From: Leucoraja erinacea
Lineage: Eukaryota
Length of the DNA: 64,000 bases
Assembly: GCF_028641065.1 (NCBI RefSeq)
Contig: NC_073378.1
Location: 127,224,001-127,288,000 of the forward strand
Reading direction: 5' to 3'
The position numbers were made by a program, and so were the translations under genes. Positions 36,141-48,939 of the stretch are shown here, piece by piece (positions within the stretch are counted from its first letter, which is position 1; each line of letters opens with the position of its first letter). Below the pieces are notes generated by a model. That model saw only the letters and a list, made by a program, of their open reading frames with translations. It had not been told where the DNA came from and did not search any database.

Positions 36141-37981
36141 AATTCAAAAATAATAAAACTAGGCTGGAACACACTGCATGAATGGGTCAAAGAGAAAAGC
36201 ACTCATGTCGACAAGTACTGGAATCACTAAAGCATATATGGCTATGAACCAAGCCCTGGTAAGTGAGAGTAGTATAGTTGGGTACTTGATGGTCAGTATG
36301 GACAGGGACAGTGTGGCATGACTCAGTGAATGTCACTATTTGTTGGAACTCAAAATGCCATGTTGTATTTGAGTGTTCAAGAATGTTCAAGAAGAGTGTT
36401 GAGTGTCTGAAGAAGGGTTTTGGCCCGAAACGTCACCTATTTCCTTCGTTCCATAGATGCTGCTGCACCCGCTGAGTTTCTCCAGCATTTCTGTGTACCT
36501 TATATTTGAGTAACTGGTTTTAAATCTCGTTTGAGTGATTAACAGAGTCCCATCTTATCTCTCAAGCGAACATCCAAAGCGTGCATGGAGAAGTTGGGAA
36601 TTCTCCCCCTGTTGGCCAATATTATTACCTTCATTAACTTTTGAAGATACACAACCTTTTTTTAAATAATGACAATTGGCAGTGAACATATTGGCAGCCA
36701 TTTTGCAAAAGAAAAAAAATCAAAACCACTTTACTGTCTGTGGTAAACCTGATGTTATAAAAGATGTCGTACAATGGGAAATATTTTTATAGCGTTTGTA
36801 CGTTAAACTGTAATTCAATATTATGAAAATTTTTCGCAATAATAAATGCATCTTTAATGATAAATGTAAAATGTCTCAAAACACCAACATTGCAAATTCT
36901 CTTCTAATTATACCTTAGCTGAAGGACTTGCCCTAATCATTTGTTTTTCCTCCATAAAATAGAACCACAGGATTTACAATACCCGAAAAGACGTATTCTC
37001 TGCAAAATGTTGAATGTTAAAATGATGTCATATCTCCCAGACGGCAGATTATCTTATTTTTAATCTGCAGATTTGCTTCAATGGTAAATCACAACCTTCA
37101 CTCCTAATTCTTGTCAATCGGGGAGCCTTGAGCATTGGTTGAAGGCCGTGGAGGTCAGTGCCCTGACTAAATGAACCACATGGCTACTCATTTCAATCTC
37201 TTGATGTTAGGAAAACAAATGGGAGGAAAATACATGATCATTGGAATCTTAATACTTTCTTTTTGAGCTTGAAGGGTACATAATATAATGAAAAGTAAAG
37301 TTATGAAATGTTTATAACAGAATGGCAGCAAAAATGTTTTCCCTTAATACATGGCCAAATGAAAATAAATATATCTTCGCAATTTGTGGCTCAATTGAGA
37401 AATGTTAGATCCTTGATTAAAGTTTGAATCATACTCAAACTAGTTCAGAAAGTAATTCTTTCCATTATTAAGATTTCTCATTGCAGTTTACAAACCTGAA
37501 GTACAAATACTAATGAGCTGCTCAAAACTTTAATGTCGAATAAAGTTATGAATTATCATCTCTTTGGATTAACTCAAGTTCAATTTCAAACCGTACATAA
37601 TTCATTTCAAGTTTCAAATCAAAGTACACTGGGACACAAGAGGTAGACATCAGTAAAATCAGATGGAAGTCATTTGTGGACCACCAGGGAAATTAAATAC
37701 CGGCCACTCTATGCAGGGAGCCCAGACTCACAAACAAGACATTAAATCAGTCCAAATTGGGCTGGCATTTGACCCTTTTCCAGAGAATCAAATCTGTGAC
37801 CAAATACTGATTCTGCCTGTGCATAACGAGTGGCCATTTCGACAGCAATGCTTCAATGTTGTTTTGACTACAGTATGTTTATCTCAAATCACTATTCGTG
37901 GATGTACTGCATTTGGGAAGGAAATCCGACTCAACAAATGAGGTGGGAAGGAACTCTGCACAATCAGCATCCTTGCTGACT

Positions 37982-38033
37982 CCCCCCCCCCCCCCCTCCC
38001 CCCCCCCCCCCCCCCCCCCCCACACACACACAC
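37982..38033 (+). repeat. Poly-C tract followed by (CA)n
   Basis: Read directly from the sequence. Confidence 0.95.
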
Positions 38034-39166
38034 AATTAAAGTGTGCAAATCCAGTGTGTGAACAGAAAAACAAGCTTTCTTCCATCCTATTCATGAAAAC
38101 TGCACCAACATTATTAAAGTGATTGATTCTGTTAACCAGGATTAGACATTCCGCCATTCCAAAATGAAAGGTCAAAGTTTGTTGTGTCACAGTGAAGGAT
38201 AAGTTTTCAATGAACTCCTGTAAATCTGAATGACAACTTCATGCATTCAATTTCTGATGCATTCAACCAAGTAGCTTATTTGCCCAAATCAGATAAATAA
38301 ATGAACAATCTTTTCAGTGCGGACAGCACCCTTTTCTCCCTCATCTCAAGGCATGCGCAAACCAAAATCTGAAGAAGGGTCTCGACCCGAAACGTTGCCA
38401 TTCCTTCTCTCCAGGTTTGCCGCCTGTCCCGTTGAGTTACTCCACCATTTTCTGTTTATCTTCAAAATAAACGTAACTCTCCTTTAATTATTATAAGCAG
38501 ATTTTTTTTTTACCCCCCCCCAAAAAGGAAAATTACTTGGAATAACTTGTCGTGTTCGTGTTCTGATCTGGGTATCAGGAACTGCTCAAGAACAAACAAG
38601 TCTGTTCGATGGCTACAAAATGTGATGAATCAGCAAGAATCCAGCAAATGAAACAAGAAGTTCAGAATATAAAAGATAATGTTTAAAATAATTAGACTGA
38701 ATAGCTAGCTAGCTGAGTGAACCAGGCATACTTTCAGCAAATGCAAAGTGCAAGATGGAGCTGCTGAATTAACCAACAATGAATGATATTCTTATTTTTC
38801 AGTTTCCTTGCTGCAGTTTTACAAGCCTTGAGGCCCACTGACAGTCAACAAGTGGAATGTTAATTCTAGTCACAGAATGGCTGGCAAATCATGTCTGCAT
38901 TCAGTCCAAAACCAACACCCCTGTGAAGAATATTTTGAGAAGAACCTACTTACTGAATGTATGGCAAGGAGCAGCAGATTATGGTTCAAACATAAGATAG
39001 ACATCAAAATGCTGGAGTAACTCAGTGGGACAGGCAGCATCTCTGGAGAGAAGGAATGGGTGACTTTTCGGGTCGACAAGGGTCTCGACCCGAAACGCCG
39101 ACCATTCCTTCACTCCAGTGATGCTGCCTGTCCCGCTGACTAGCTCCAGCATTTTGTGTCTACTTA

Positions 39167-39385
39167 AGGGCCTGTCCCACTTAGGCGACTCTTTAGGCGA
39201 CTGCCAGGGACTAATTTTAATGGAATTCACCTACGACACCTGGCGACAACCTACGAAAGTACCTACAACAACCTACGACAACAAAAATTGTCGCCACTGT
39301 CGCCGAAAAACTTTGAAACATGTTGAAAATTCTGCGGCAGTCGCCTGTAGTCGCCCAAAAAAATCGCCTAAGTGGGACAGGCCCT
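39167..39385. mobile_element. PIF/Harbinger-type MITE
   Basis: TTA|AGGGCCTGTCCCACTTAGGCGA...TCGCCTAAGTGGGACAGGCCCT; the right TSD is partly deleted. Confidence 0.88.
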
Positions 39386-39669
39386 ACTGAATGCATCCTT
39401 GTGATTTACTAAACTCACTCTCAAGTCCATGTGCGATCCTGAGTCTTTCTGAGATGATATGGGAATCATCTCATGAAAATCTCACGTGGATTTCATGGGA
39501 ATCATCTGCTTTCTAATGCAAGTGTTGTTCCTGCAGCCCATAAATTTGAGGGACACCTCTCATTTGTGTACACTTGGTCTCGCCATCAACCTGGTTATTT
39601 ACCGACATGCCCCAGAGAGGACCCATGTGCCACCCAATATTTGCAGTGTCAATGGGGCAAAAAGTAAAT

Positions 39670-40330
39670 TTAGGAGGAACAGCACCTCATATTTCGCTTG
39701 GGCAGCTCACAACCCAACGGTATGATTATTGATATCTCTAACTTCAAGTAACCCTTGCACCCGCTCTCTCTCCATCCCTCCCCCACCCGAGTCATCGTAC
39801 TGATTTCCTTGTCGCCCTGGTGAGTTTCATTGTCTGTTTCACTCATCTTCACCCAGCCCACAGCCAACAATGGACCTTTGCTTGATCATTTGTTACTTTT
39901 TTGCATATCTTTCATTAATTTGTTCTGTACCTCTCTATATCACCATCTAAACCTCACTTTTCCCTTTCCCTTGACTCTCAGCCGACCCGAAACAAAACCT
40001 GTTACTTTTCTCCAGAGATGCTGCCTGACCCACTGTAGATCTGCTCTACCCTATACTAACACACACATACACGCTACACACCATTCAGATATATAATCCA
40101 GTCTGTGTTTTACCATATAGTCACCAACGCCCCCAGACACTAGCGGTTAGTCGGGATGTATTCACAGTGGTGACAACCTGTAGTGTAACTTGATTATATG
40201 TTAATAAACTTGTTGGGTTATTACTTGGAGTATTTGCTAATAGCTCTACATGGTGTCAGAAGTGGGATCCACTTGGAGACCAGAATAGCTCTACGCCCAC
40301 TGAGTTACTCCAGCATTTTGTATCTATTTA
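39670..40330 (+). mobile_element. PLE 3' end (ORF end, UTR, pLTR) interrupted by an LTR element
   Basis: EEQHLIFRLGSSQPNGMIIDISNFK*, then UTR and repeat. Confidence 0.85.
40034..40295 (+). mobile_element. Collapsed LTR retrotransposon (Gypsy-like): LTR, tRNA-Leu PBS and LTR-end remnant
   Basis: TGTAGA...TCTACA (40034-40250) containing AATAAA; PBS TGGTGTCAGAAGTGGGAT (40251-40268); TSD CCCAC (40029-40033, 40296-40300). Confidence 0.85.
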
Positions 40331-40899
40331 CAATGTTAACCACAGGTTATCCCCAACTGAGATGCTTCCTATCCCAAATGCTTGAGTTGCTTGAGACTTC
40401 GAGGGAATGAGCCAAAGCTTTTTTCCAAACTTAATATTGTTTTTGGGAGGGTGGGATTACCTTGTAACACATCTTTAAATGTTTCGGTAAATCGAATAAC
40501 AAATAGGATAATGATAACTGTCCGTGGAAATTAGGAGCAAATATTTCAGAATAACAAATTGGGAACAAACACAAGCTGACCAAAGACTCAAGGAAGGACA
40601 TGGTTTCCAATGTTTTGTGTGTGGGAAATTATATCACTGCAATTCTGTCAAAGTTAACTTTGATTTGTGACCATAAATCCTGTATTAAAGTCAATACAAA
40701 CCTCAAATTGGCTAGGATAATGAAAAACCAACAATCTTCTTCAATCAAATGTGCCTCTTTATTTCTTCCTACCATGTTATGAATATTTCTGCTTAGCTTA
40801 TGGATTATCTTTATTTATTTATTTTAATATTTGCCAAGGAACCAAAAACGTATTCAGCCATCACTACTAATTTCATAACGGACTTTTGTTTCCATGAGC

Positions 40900-41220
40900 T
40901 GACCCCACTTGCTTGGACCATGTCTTTCTAAACCTTTTCTATCCATTCACCTGGCCAAATATCTTTTCAATGGTGTATCTAATCCTGCCTCCACCACTTC
41001 CCCTGGCAGCTCGTTCCATAGCCCACCCCCCTTTGTGAGAAAAACATGCCTTGAGGCTTATTTAAAATCTTTCTCCTCTCACTTTACACCAACGCCCCCT
41101 AGTTTTAGGCTCCACTAACTCTGGGAAAAAGACTGTGACCATTCACCTTATCTATCTGCCTCCAATCATTTATAAATCTCGATAAGGTCACCTCTCTGCC
41201 TCCTTCACTCCAATGAAAAC
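40900..41220 (-). mobile_element. Old CR1 3' fragment
   Basis: Degenerate reverse complement of the CR1 ORF2 end. Confidence 0.65.
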
Positions 41221-41634
41221 AGCACACCAGTGTTGTCTCATCAATGCCCTTCCACCTAATCTGTTAGAAAATATTTTCAGAGTATTTCAACCTTCCCTCT
41301 AATCAACGTCCCTGAACTTGATCAACTCTTTTGCTTTCACCTCATTTATCTGCTTGAGTTCTACCTCCTCTCTTGGGACTCCAGTTCATGTCAAGTTGAG
41401 TTCATTGTCACATACACAAGCATAGTGAGGAACAGATACGTGAAGAATGGTCTCGACCTGAAATGTCACCCATTCCTTCTCTCCAAAGATGCTGCCTGTC
41501 CCGCTGAATTACTCCAGCTTTTTTGTCGTCGGTTTAAACCAGCATTAGCAGTTCCTTCCCCCCAAACCGCTCTGAGATCTTTGCTTCCTACACAGATGCA
41601 TCAAAAAATCTTGTTCGTAGTGGTATCAAACAGT

Positions 41635-41995
41635 GAAAGGCTTGGATCGAGTGGATGTGGAGAGGGTGTTTCCACGCATGGGAGAGTCTAGGACTAGAGG
41701 TCATAGCCTCAGAATTAAAGGACGTTCCTTTAGAAAAAAGATGACGAGGAATTTGTTTAGACAGAGGGTGATGAATCTGTGGAATTCTTTGCCACAGAAG
41801 GCTGTAGAGGCCAAGTCAGTGGATATTTTTTAAATCGAAGATAGATAGATTCTTGATTAGTGCGGGTGTCAGGGGTTATGAGAAGACAGGAGAATGGGGT
41901 TAGGAGGGAGAGATAGATCAGCCATGATTGAATGGCAGAACAGGCTTGATGGGCCGAATGGCCTAATTCTGCTCCAATCACTTATGACGTTATGA
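41635..41995 (+). mobile_element. CR1 LINE 3' fragment
   Basis: KGLDRVDVERVFPRMGESRTRGHSLRIKG...QRVMNLWNSLPQKAVEA. Confidence 0.9.
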
Positions 41996-42419
41996 TCATA
42001 GACTCAGACAACTCATAAAAATAAAGTATGTATAAATTACACAACATTTCTAAATAACATACCATGCAAAAACAAGTCATTTTGTTTCAGATCATATATT
42101 GTTTAATCTAAAGCTTCTACATTATAAAAATGTCACGTGGCCATTCAAACTCCAACCACATAGCACACATTTTCAACATTCATAATCAATTACTGAAAAC
42201 TGCAAAAACAGATGATAATTTTATTTCTGAGAAGTAAAATACGAATTTTCTTCACACAAAAATTCATGCATAAATTATTTGTTATGCAGCAATTATGAGG
42301 TACGTGATCCATCCTGCAATTATATATTATCGTGTGCTCTTGGAAACCTCACGTGGCCCCCTCATCTGTTCTCATCTCACAAACATTTTCGAAATAAATA
42401 ATAGAAATTACTTAATTTA

Positions 42420-42915
42420 ATTTAGTTCAGTTTAGTTTGGAGAAACAGCGTGGAAACAGGCCCTTCGACCCACCGGGTCCGCACCGACCAGCGATCCCCG
42501 CACACTAACACTATCCTACACACACTAGGGCAGTGGTTCTTAACCTGGGGGTCGTTTGGGGCTCTGGCGGGGGTCATGAAGGGGACACAAATAACATATC
42601 AACTTGTTGAGCCCATGTTTAGGAACCTAACAAAGGTACAGACCACATACAGTATTTTGTTCACGTATGTGCGTACTAGTGCCAAAAAGGTTAAGAACCA
42701 CTGCACTCGGGGCAATTTCACATTTTATACCAAACCAATTAACCTACAAACCTGCACGTCTTTGGAGTGTGGGAGGAAACCGAAGATCTTGGAGAAAACC
42801 CGCGCAGATCACGTGGAGAACGTACAAACTCCACACAGACAAGCACCCGTAGTCACGATCGAACCCGGGTGTCTGGCGCTGTAAAGCAGTAGCTCTACCG
42901 CTGCGTCACCGTGCT
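42420..42915 (-). mobile_element. HE1 V-SINE interrupted by a hAT MITE
   Basis: HE1 sequence is continuous on both sides of 42531-42703. Confidence 0.88.
42531..42703. mobile_element. hAT (Charlie-like) MITE
   Basis: TIR CAGTGGTTCTTAACCT / AGGTTAAGAACCACTG; 8-bp TSD cactaggg/cactcggg. Confidence 0.9.
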
Positions 42916-43734
42916 GCCATTGGTTTTTTTTGCTTATTCACCCCTGCTCTATTTATTGGCAATATCCTCACGATTACAAACATTCTGTCCCATGTGCGAG
43001 ACTGTGGGAAAAAGTATTTGTAAGCTACGATACGATACGATACAACTTTATTCATCCCACTGATCTGCCATCGGTCATAAAACGCAAAATACATGAAACA
43101 TGAAATTAAAGTGACGAGTGGAAAGGATTGGGGATGTGCAAAGATTGCGGAGGGGAGTCAGTGTATCCCATGACAGAAGGGGGAGGGGTTGTACAATTTG
43201 ATCGCTAGGAAGCAAGACCATTCTTTGACAAGTTGTCGCCAGTACCAGGTATGCTGTTCAGAAGTAAGGCTACCCTTCCCAACCTTGGGTGGATTGTAGG
43301 TAAAGCAACTGAGCCGCTAACACAAGTACTTTTAAATAGCAATCTGAAAATACAGCTTTACCCATTTTTTTTACTTTTCTCCATTCTACCAGCCACAGCC
43401 TCAAAAATACAAGCCCAGCAGGTTTTCCCTTTGAGAATGGAGCGTTACAATTATACAGGACTTTAAAGCTGCCAATGACTTACTCTCATTTGTATTGGTG
43501 CTACTGCTGCCTCTATTAGCACCCGTTGGACTAATTGGCCATATTCATCAGCCCTGCTATTTCCAACACATTATGTTTAATTTGCACTAACACCCTCCAA
43601 AGGCCCCCTGTTGATGAGTGAACCAAAACAGCTCATCGCCGCGGCAACCAGGTACACTGTGGAAAGCACCCTGTCTGAATGCATCAGAGTTTGGGTTGGC
43701 ATCAGCCCTGCCCAAGATTGCAAGAAATTGCAGA

Positions 43735-44220
43735 GTTTAGTTTAAGTTTAGAGATACAGCCCGCGGAAACAGGACCTTCGGCCCACCGAGTCCGCGCCGA
43801 CCAGCGATCCCCGCACTTTAACACTATCCCACACACACACTAGGGACAATTTACACATGCACCAAGCCATTCAACCTGTAAACCTGTGTTCAAGAAGGAA
43901 CTGCAGATGATGGAAGATCGAAGGTACACAAAATTGCTGGAGAAACTCAGCGGGTTCAGCAGCATCTATGGAGCGAAGGAAATAGGCGACGTTTCGGGCC
44001 GAAACCCTTCTTCAGACTGAGGTTTCTCCAGCAATTTTGTGTACCTTCAACCTGTAAACCTTTACGTCTTTGAAGTGTGGGAGGAAACCGAAGATCTCGG
44101 AGAAAACCCAATGCAGGTCACGGGGAGAACGTACAAACTCTGTACAGACAGCACCCGGAGTTGGGATCGAACCTGGGTCTCCGGCGCTGCAAGCGCTGTA
44201 AGGCAGCAACTCTACCGCTA
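43735..44220 (-). mobile_element. HE1 V-SINE with an inverted PLE insertion (43886-44045), itself inside a Rex1 fragment (about 43650-44430)
   Basis: The PLE piece is flanked by the 16-bp repeat ttcaacctgtaaacct (43870-43885, 44046-44061). Rex1 reads CKKLQ|AQSITQT...TTRFKNSF across the SINE. Confidence 0.85.
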
Positions 44221-44469
44221 GCCCAGTCCATCACACAGACCAGCCTCCTCTCCCATCAACACCATTTGCTCCAGCTGCCTTGGAAAAACAGCCAACATTA
44301 TCAAAGACAATTTACACCCCGATCATTCCCTCCGTTCTCTCGTATCAGGCAGAAGATTTTAAAAAGCTTGAAAGCAAGTACCACTAGGTTCAAGAACAGC
44401 TTTTCCCCTGCTGCTGTCAAATTCCCCTGCTGCTGTCCTCCCATCAGCTGAGGTGTGGTCCCAGTCATC

Positions 44470-44750
44470 CACAGTGGCGCAGCAGTAGAGCTACTGCCTG
44501 GCAGCGCCAGAGACCCGGGTTCAATCCTGACCACGGGAGCAGTCCATGCAGAGTTTGTACATTCTCCCCGTGACTTGCGTGGGTTTCCCCCGGGATCTTC
44601 GGTTTTCTCCCACACTTGTTCATGGATAGTGCAGGTTTGGAGGGATATGGGCCAACTGCAGATGGGGGGGGGTTGGTGTAGCTGGGACATGTTGGCCGGC
44701 GTGGGCAAGTTGGACCAATGGGCCTGTTTCCACACTGTAAGACTCTATAT
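44470..44750 (+). mobile_element. HE1 head and V-domain (44470-44615) followed by a CR1 3' tail
   Basis: Motifs as in the other copies. Confidence 0.75.
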
Positions 44751-44774
44751 CGTATTGACGCTTATGGAATATAT

Positions 44775-45327
44775 CAGGGGTTGGCAACCCTTGTTCTGCA
44801 TAGGGGCCAGGACGCATGTCTGTGAGCAGATGACGGGCCACATCTATCACGTGTACACATGGATCCCTCCCCAACCCGCCCCGGATGGCAGGCAACAAAT
44901 CACATGTTCACATAGATCCCGCTCCTTCGAAGACGCCACCCGGAGCACTGGCCCCTAGTTACGGGCGCTCACGAACATGGCGCACCTACGGCCCATTGCC
45001 TTGGCTCTGTCCTGAAGGCGGCGGCTCAAATACTCATACTCACCCGTCCCCGGCCTATTGACAACCCCGATCCCCACAGTGAAGCTCAGACACAGAAGGT
45101 GCGCGGGCGGCCGTGCCGGCGGCTTTGCGCAGGACGCGGTACAGGCAGAGCTCGGCCATCAGCACAGGCCTCCTTGTGTCCTTGCATCACCGCGCCTGGG
45201 CGCCGCGGCCTCCGTCCCGGGAGGTACCGGAGATGAAGGAAGTCTGCGGGCCGGACGATTACGGAAAGAAACAAACGCTTGTGGGCCGGATGATTTTGGG
45301 TTCCTGGCCTCAGGTTGCCGACTCCTG
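44775..45327. mobile_element. hAT-type non-autonomous element, GC-rich
   Basis: CAGGGGTTGGCAACC...GGTTGCCGACTCCTG; 8-bp TSD gaatatat/gaatacat; subterminal gggccg/gggcca motifs. Confidence 0.85.
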
Positions 45328-47125
45328 GAATACATCATATTGAATGTATTAGCCTGCAGAAACGTACGGAATTGGGATGGGTGCGATTAGTGTTGTTGCA
45401 GAGTGTCTCGCAAATGTGCCAACGTGTGATAGATGACAGTGTAAGGAAATTAAAGTTGTAGTTAATCCAGGGAGAGACAACCACAGAACGTTGAAAAATG
45501 GAGATTCTGAGGTCTACTCATCTGTGTAGCAGGCTCTCACAAAAATTAGCTGATCAATAACCTTCACCACATCATGCTCTACAAACCCCGCTGTCCCCCA
45601 CAGAATGCAAAACTATGCATGTGCATTTCAGGTCTGTATTTTCCTCATTCGTTCACTTGCCCTTGTCCAGGAGATGTAAATGTCCATAGATCAAGTCCTT
45701 TCCTTGACATGTCCATTACATTTCCAATTAGTCTGTTGAAATATTATGATGATCATGTTCTTGTTTGCAATGCGGGTTGGTTTATTTGACTCCATGAGAG
45801 GTGTTGACATTCCGCTGGCATGTCAAACCCCAGCCTTCATAGCACGTGAACGAAAACGGACATCTAAACCTCATATGGCAGCTGCGCCACATGTTAAATA
45901 CCCATAGTATGTTTTGCTTCCAAGAGCTTTTGATTTAAGTACTTAATAGTGCCAAAGCATTATCAGCTTTACTTAGTTTAAAACAAAGTATTTTAAATTC
46001 AACCTCCCAGAATTCTACCAAAAACCTGAATGTCATTATCAGTTTCTGCAGTAATATCTATAACCCAGCTGGAAATTTGCAAAAAGTATCCAATTATCTC
46101 AAATTGCCAAGTCACTAAAACGTTAGCAGATCAGTTGCAGGTTAAAGAAATCATCAAGTCCTGTGGTCTGGCAACATGTACTCTTGCAGGTCCAGCAAAC
46201 CCTGCCAGTAGATCATAAAATAAACAGCAAACCAGTGACAGTTGTTTCCCCAACCACAGTAACCTGAGAAATACAAGTCATCAGTTCCGGAAGCAGTGAT
46301 CAACAGAGCATGAGAATTCCCAGTTCTATAATCCCTCTGTAAATTTCAAACTGCACCAGCCTTAATTTATGTACCTATGCAACAGAAAGGGGATTCGGCA
46401 TCAGCTGGTCTGAAACATTTCTGACAAACCAGTAGCCCAGACGATAACATGATATCCATCTCCATCCCATGGAACAACAGCACTGAACAAGATCAGCTGG
46501 CTGCTTCTATGTATCCATCAACAGATTTGCAGACTCCCAAGACACAAAAGCACATTAACATATATTTTCATTCATCAAAAATGAAAATCTCTCTCAAGAC
46601 ACCCAGAATGTTTATTTACAATTTTTACCCCATTTTCCTGAAGCCGACAGGGAAAAGTACCTCAGATAAATGACATCTCCAACAATTTAGAAAGTGTACA
46701 TCTGTCATTTATGTTTTACTTAAAATTCACCACCCTTCATGTCAGTGACACGCTCCATGAAGTAAATGCACTGTTGTCACACCATTGTTTCCTTCATATC
46801 TTCTTCGGGGCACAGCTCTGAGCATTTCGAAGACCTTGGCAGTGGATAGTCTTCACATGCATGGGAAGACCCTCAGTTGTGATCAGCCATGGTTAAATAG
46901 GCGGGGATGAGGGAGCAGAAAGAAATGGTGGAATGTCAACAGGTGAGGGAGTTAAAACCCATGCTCAACATAATTAATCCAGCCATTCCTTCTGTACATA
47001 ATTCGTAAACCCTTTAGACACTAGCTTTTGTCTATCCCAGTACCAGAGTGAACTTGCTATCATCAGAAATCAAAATACCGGTCTTCTCCAAATCCAAATC
47101 ATTCAATGTGTGGAAGGAACTGCAG

Positions 47126-47200
<75 letters not shown>

Positions 47201-47864
47201 TATTTTATTGTCATTGCACGTCAGTGCAACGAGATTTAGTATGCAGCTCAACCGATGAAAAAGAAAAGTAAAATAAATAAATAAGCTGTGTGACGTGACC
47301 ATCCGAGGGAGACAGTCCAGGGGGGACGGGGGGCACTCAGCAGAGCCGGTTCAGAGCCGCTATAGCTCTGGGAATAAAGCTGTTTCTGAGTCTGGAGGTT
47401 CGGGCATAGAAGGCCATGTAACGTCTGCCGGAGGGAAGTAGTTCAAACAGTCCGTTACAGGGGTGTGAGGAGTCTTTATGGATGCTGACTGCCTTCCTGA
47501 GGCACCGTGTGTGGTAGATGCCCTCCAAGGCTGGTAGCTGTGTCCCAATGATCCTCTGCGCTCTGTGGCCGACGCGCTGAAGAGCTCTCCTCTCCACCTC
47601 CGTGCAGCTGAGATACCACCCAGAGATGCCATACGTTAATATGCTCTCTGTGGTGCAGCGGTAGAACGTTGTCAGCAGCTGTTGGGGCAGACCAGTCTTT
47701 TTTAATGTCCTCAGGAAGACCAGTCGTTGCTGTGCCTTCTTGACCAGCGCAGCGGTGTTGGTGGACCATGTGAGGTCCTCTGAAATGTGAGTGCCCAGAA
47801 ACTTAAAGCTGGACCCTCTCTCCACACTTTCCCCGTAAATGGAGATTGGGGCATATTCTCCGGT
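47126..47864 (-). mobile_element. Rex1/Babar LINE 3' part with an uninterrupted 162-aa ORF and a (TAT)n tail
   Basis: ORF 47337-47825: SFKFLGTHISEDLTWS...KKAQQRL.FLR...FYRCTTESILTY...LLPSGRRY...RLRNSFIPRAI. (AAT)n at 47126-47200. It interrupts a PLE repeat. Confidence 0.93.
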
Positions 47865-48344
47865 GATGCCGGTTTAACCCAAAGAAAGACACACAAAATG
47901 CTAGCAGAGAAAAGGAGAAAAGGAACAGGTGACGTTTCGGGGTGGTCACCGAAACATCAACTATTCCTTTTCTCACGAGATGCTGTCTGACCCGTTGAGT
48001 TTCTCCAGCTTTGTGTGTCTTATCTTCACATCGTACAGCGTACATCTTTGCTGCAGCCACTTTGAGGGGCACTTAAAGAAAGCTTAATCACACCGTGCTG
48101 TGAGCTGAAAATTAGAGAAGACATGGAGATATTGTTAGAACAAGCCCAAGATTAGTAAAGTGAAGCTGTTGCTTGGTAACTGTTACAAGAATGTAATGTC
48201 CAGGAGAGAACATTCGCCATTCATCAATAACCCGGCAGTGACCCCTACTGGTCAACTTGCACAAGCACAATATTTGTCACATTTTGGGCAAAGCTGCAAA
48301 TGACGACTTGCACAAATGAACAGATCTACCACTTAAAATGTCAT

Positions 48345-48478
48345 CAGTCTGAAGAAGGGTCTCGACCCAAAACGTCACCCATTCCTTCGCTCCATAGATG
48401 CTGCCTCACCCGCTGAGTTTCTCCAGCATTTTTGTCTGCCTTCGATTTTTCCAGCATCTGCAGTTCTTTCTTAAACAT
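48345..48478 (+). mobile_element. PLE pLTR
   Basis: Full repeat unit; acttaaaatg is present on both flanks. Confidence 0.85.
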
Positions 48479-48939
48479 TCTACTTAAAATGCATCATTTA
48501 CATGTTGTGGTGTCCTGGTTCTGGTGGTTTGTTGGGGGACCAATTGCAGCGTTGTATCACAAACGTGCTTCAAAGAGGGTTCAAATCTAAATGCAAATCA
48601 AGAAAAAATCTGAGGCTGGAAACGTGAAACAAAAAGAGAAAACGGTGGAAATACTCAGTGGGCCAAATGGAATGTGTGAAAAGAGAACCAAAGTTCGTGT
48701 TTTGCCTGCTTCAGACAGTATGGTGTTCAACTGAAACATTAACTATAATTCTCTTTCCACTCACGTTGCCTGACCTGCCAAATGTTTCCTGACATTTCTC
48801 TCTTTTATTTCAACTCCCTTGTGATCTTGGCCCTCTTTGTTCAATATTCAGGCCTCTATTCAAATCAGATATAATAAATTGGGCAGCAAACGCTTAACCT
48901 AGTTCATAATCCAGAAGCTGATGGATTTGACATTGAGGC

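Noticed and set aside
47032-47302. Poly-Ile and poly-Tyr ORFs
   Set aside because: They derive from the (AAT)n microsatellite tail of Rex1.
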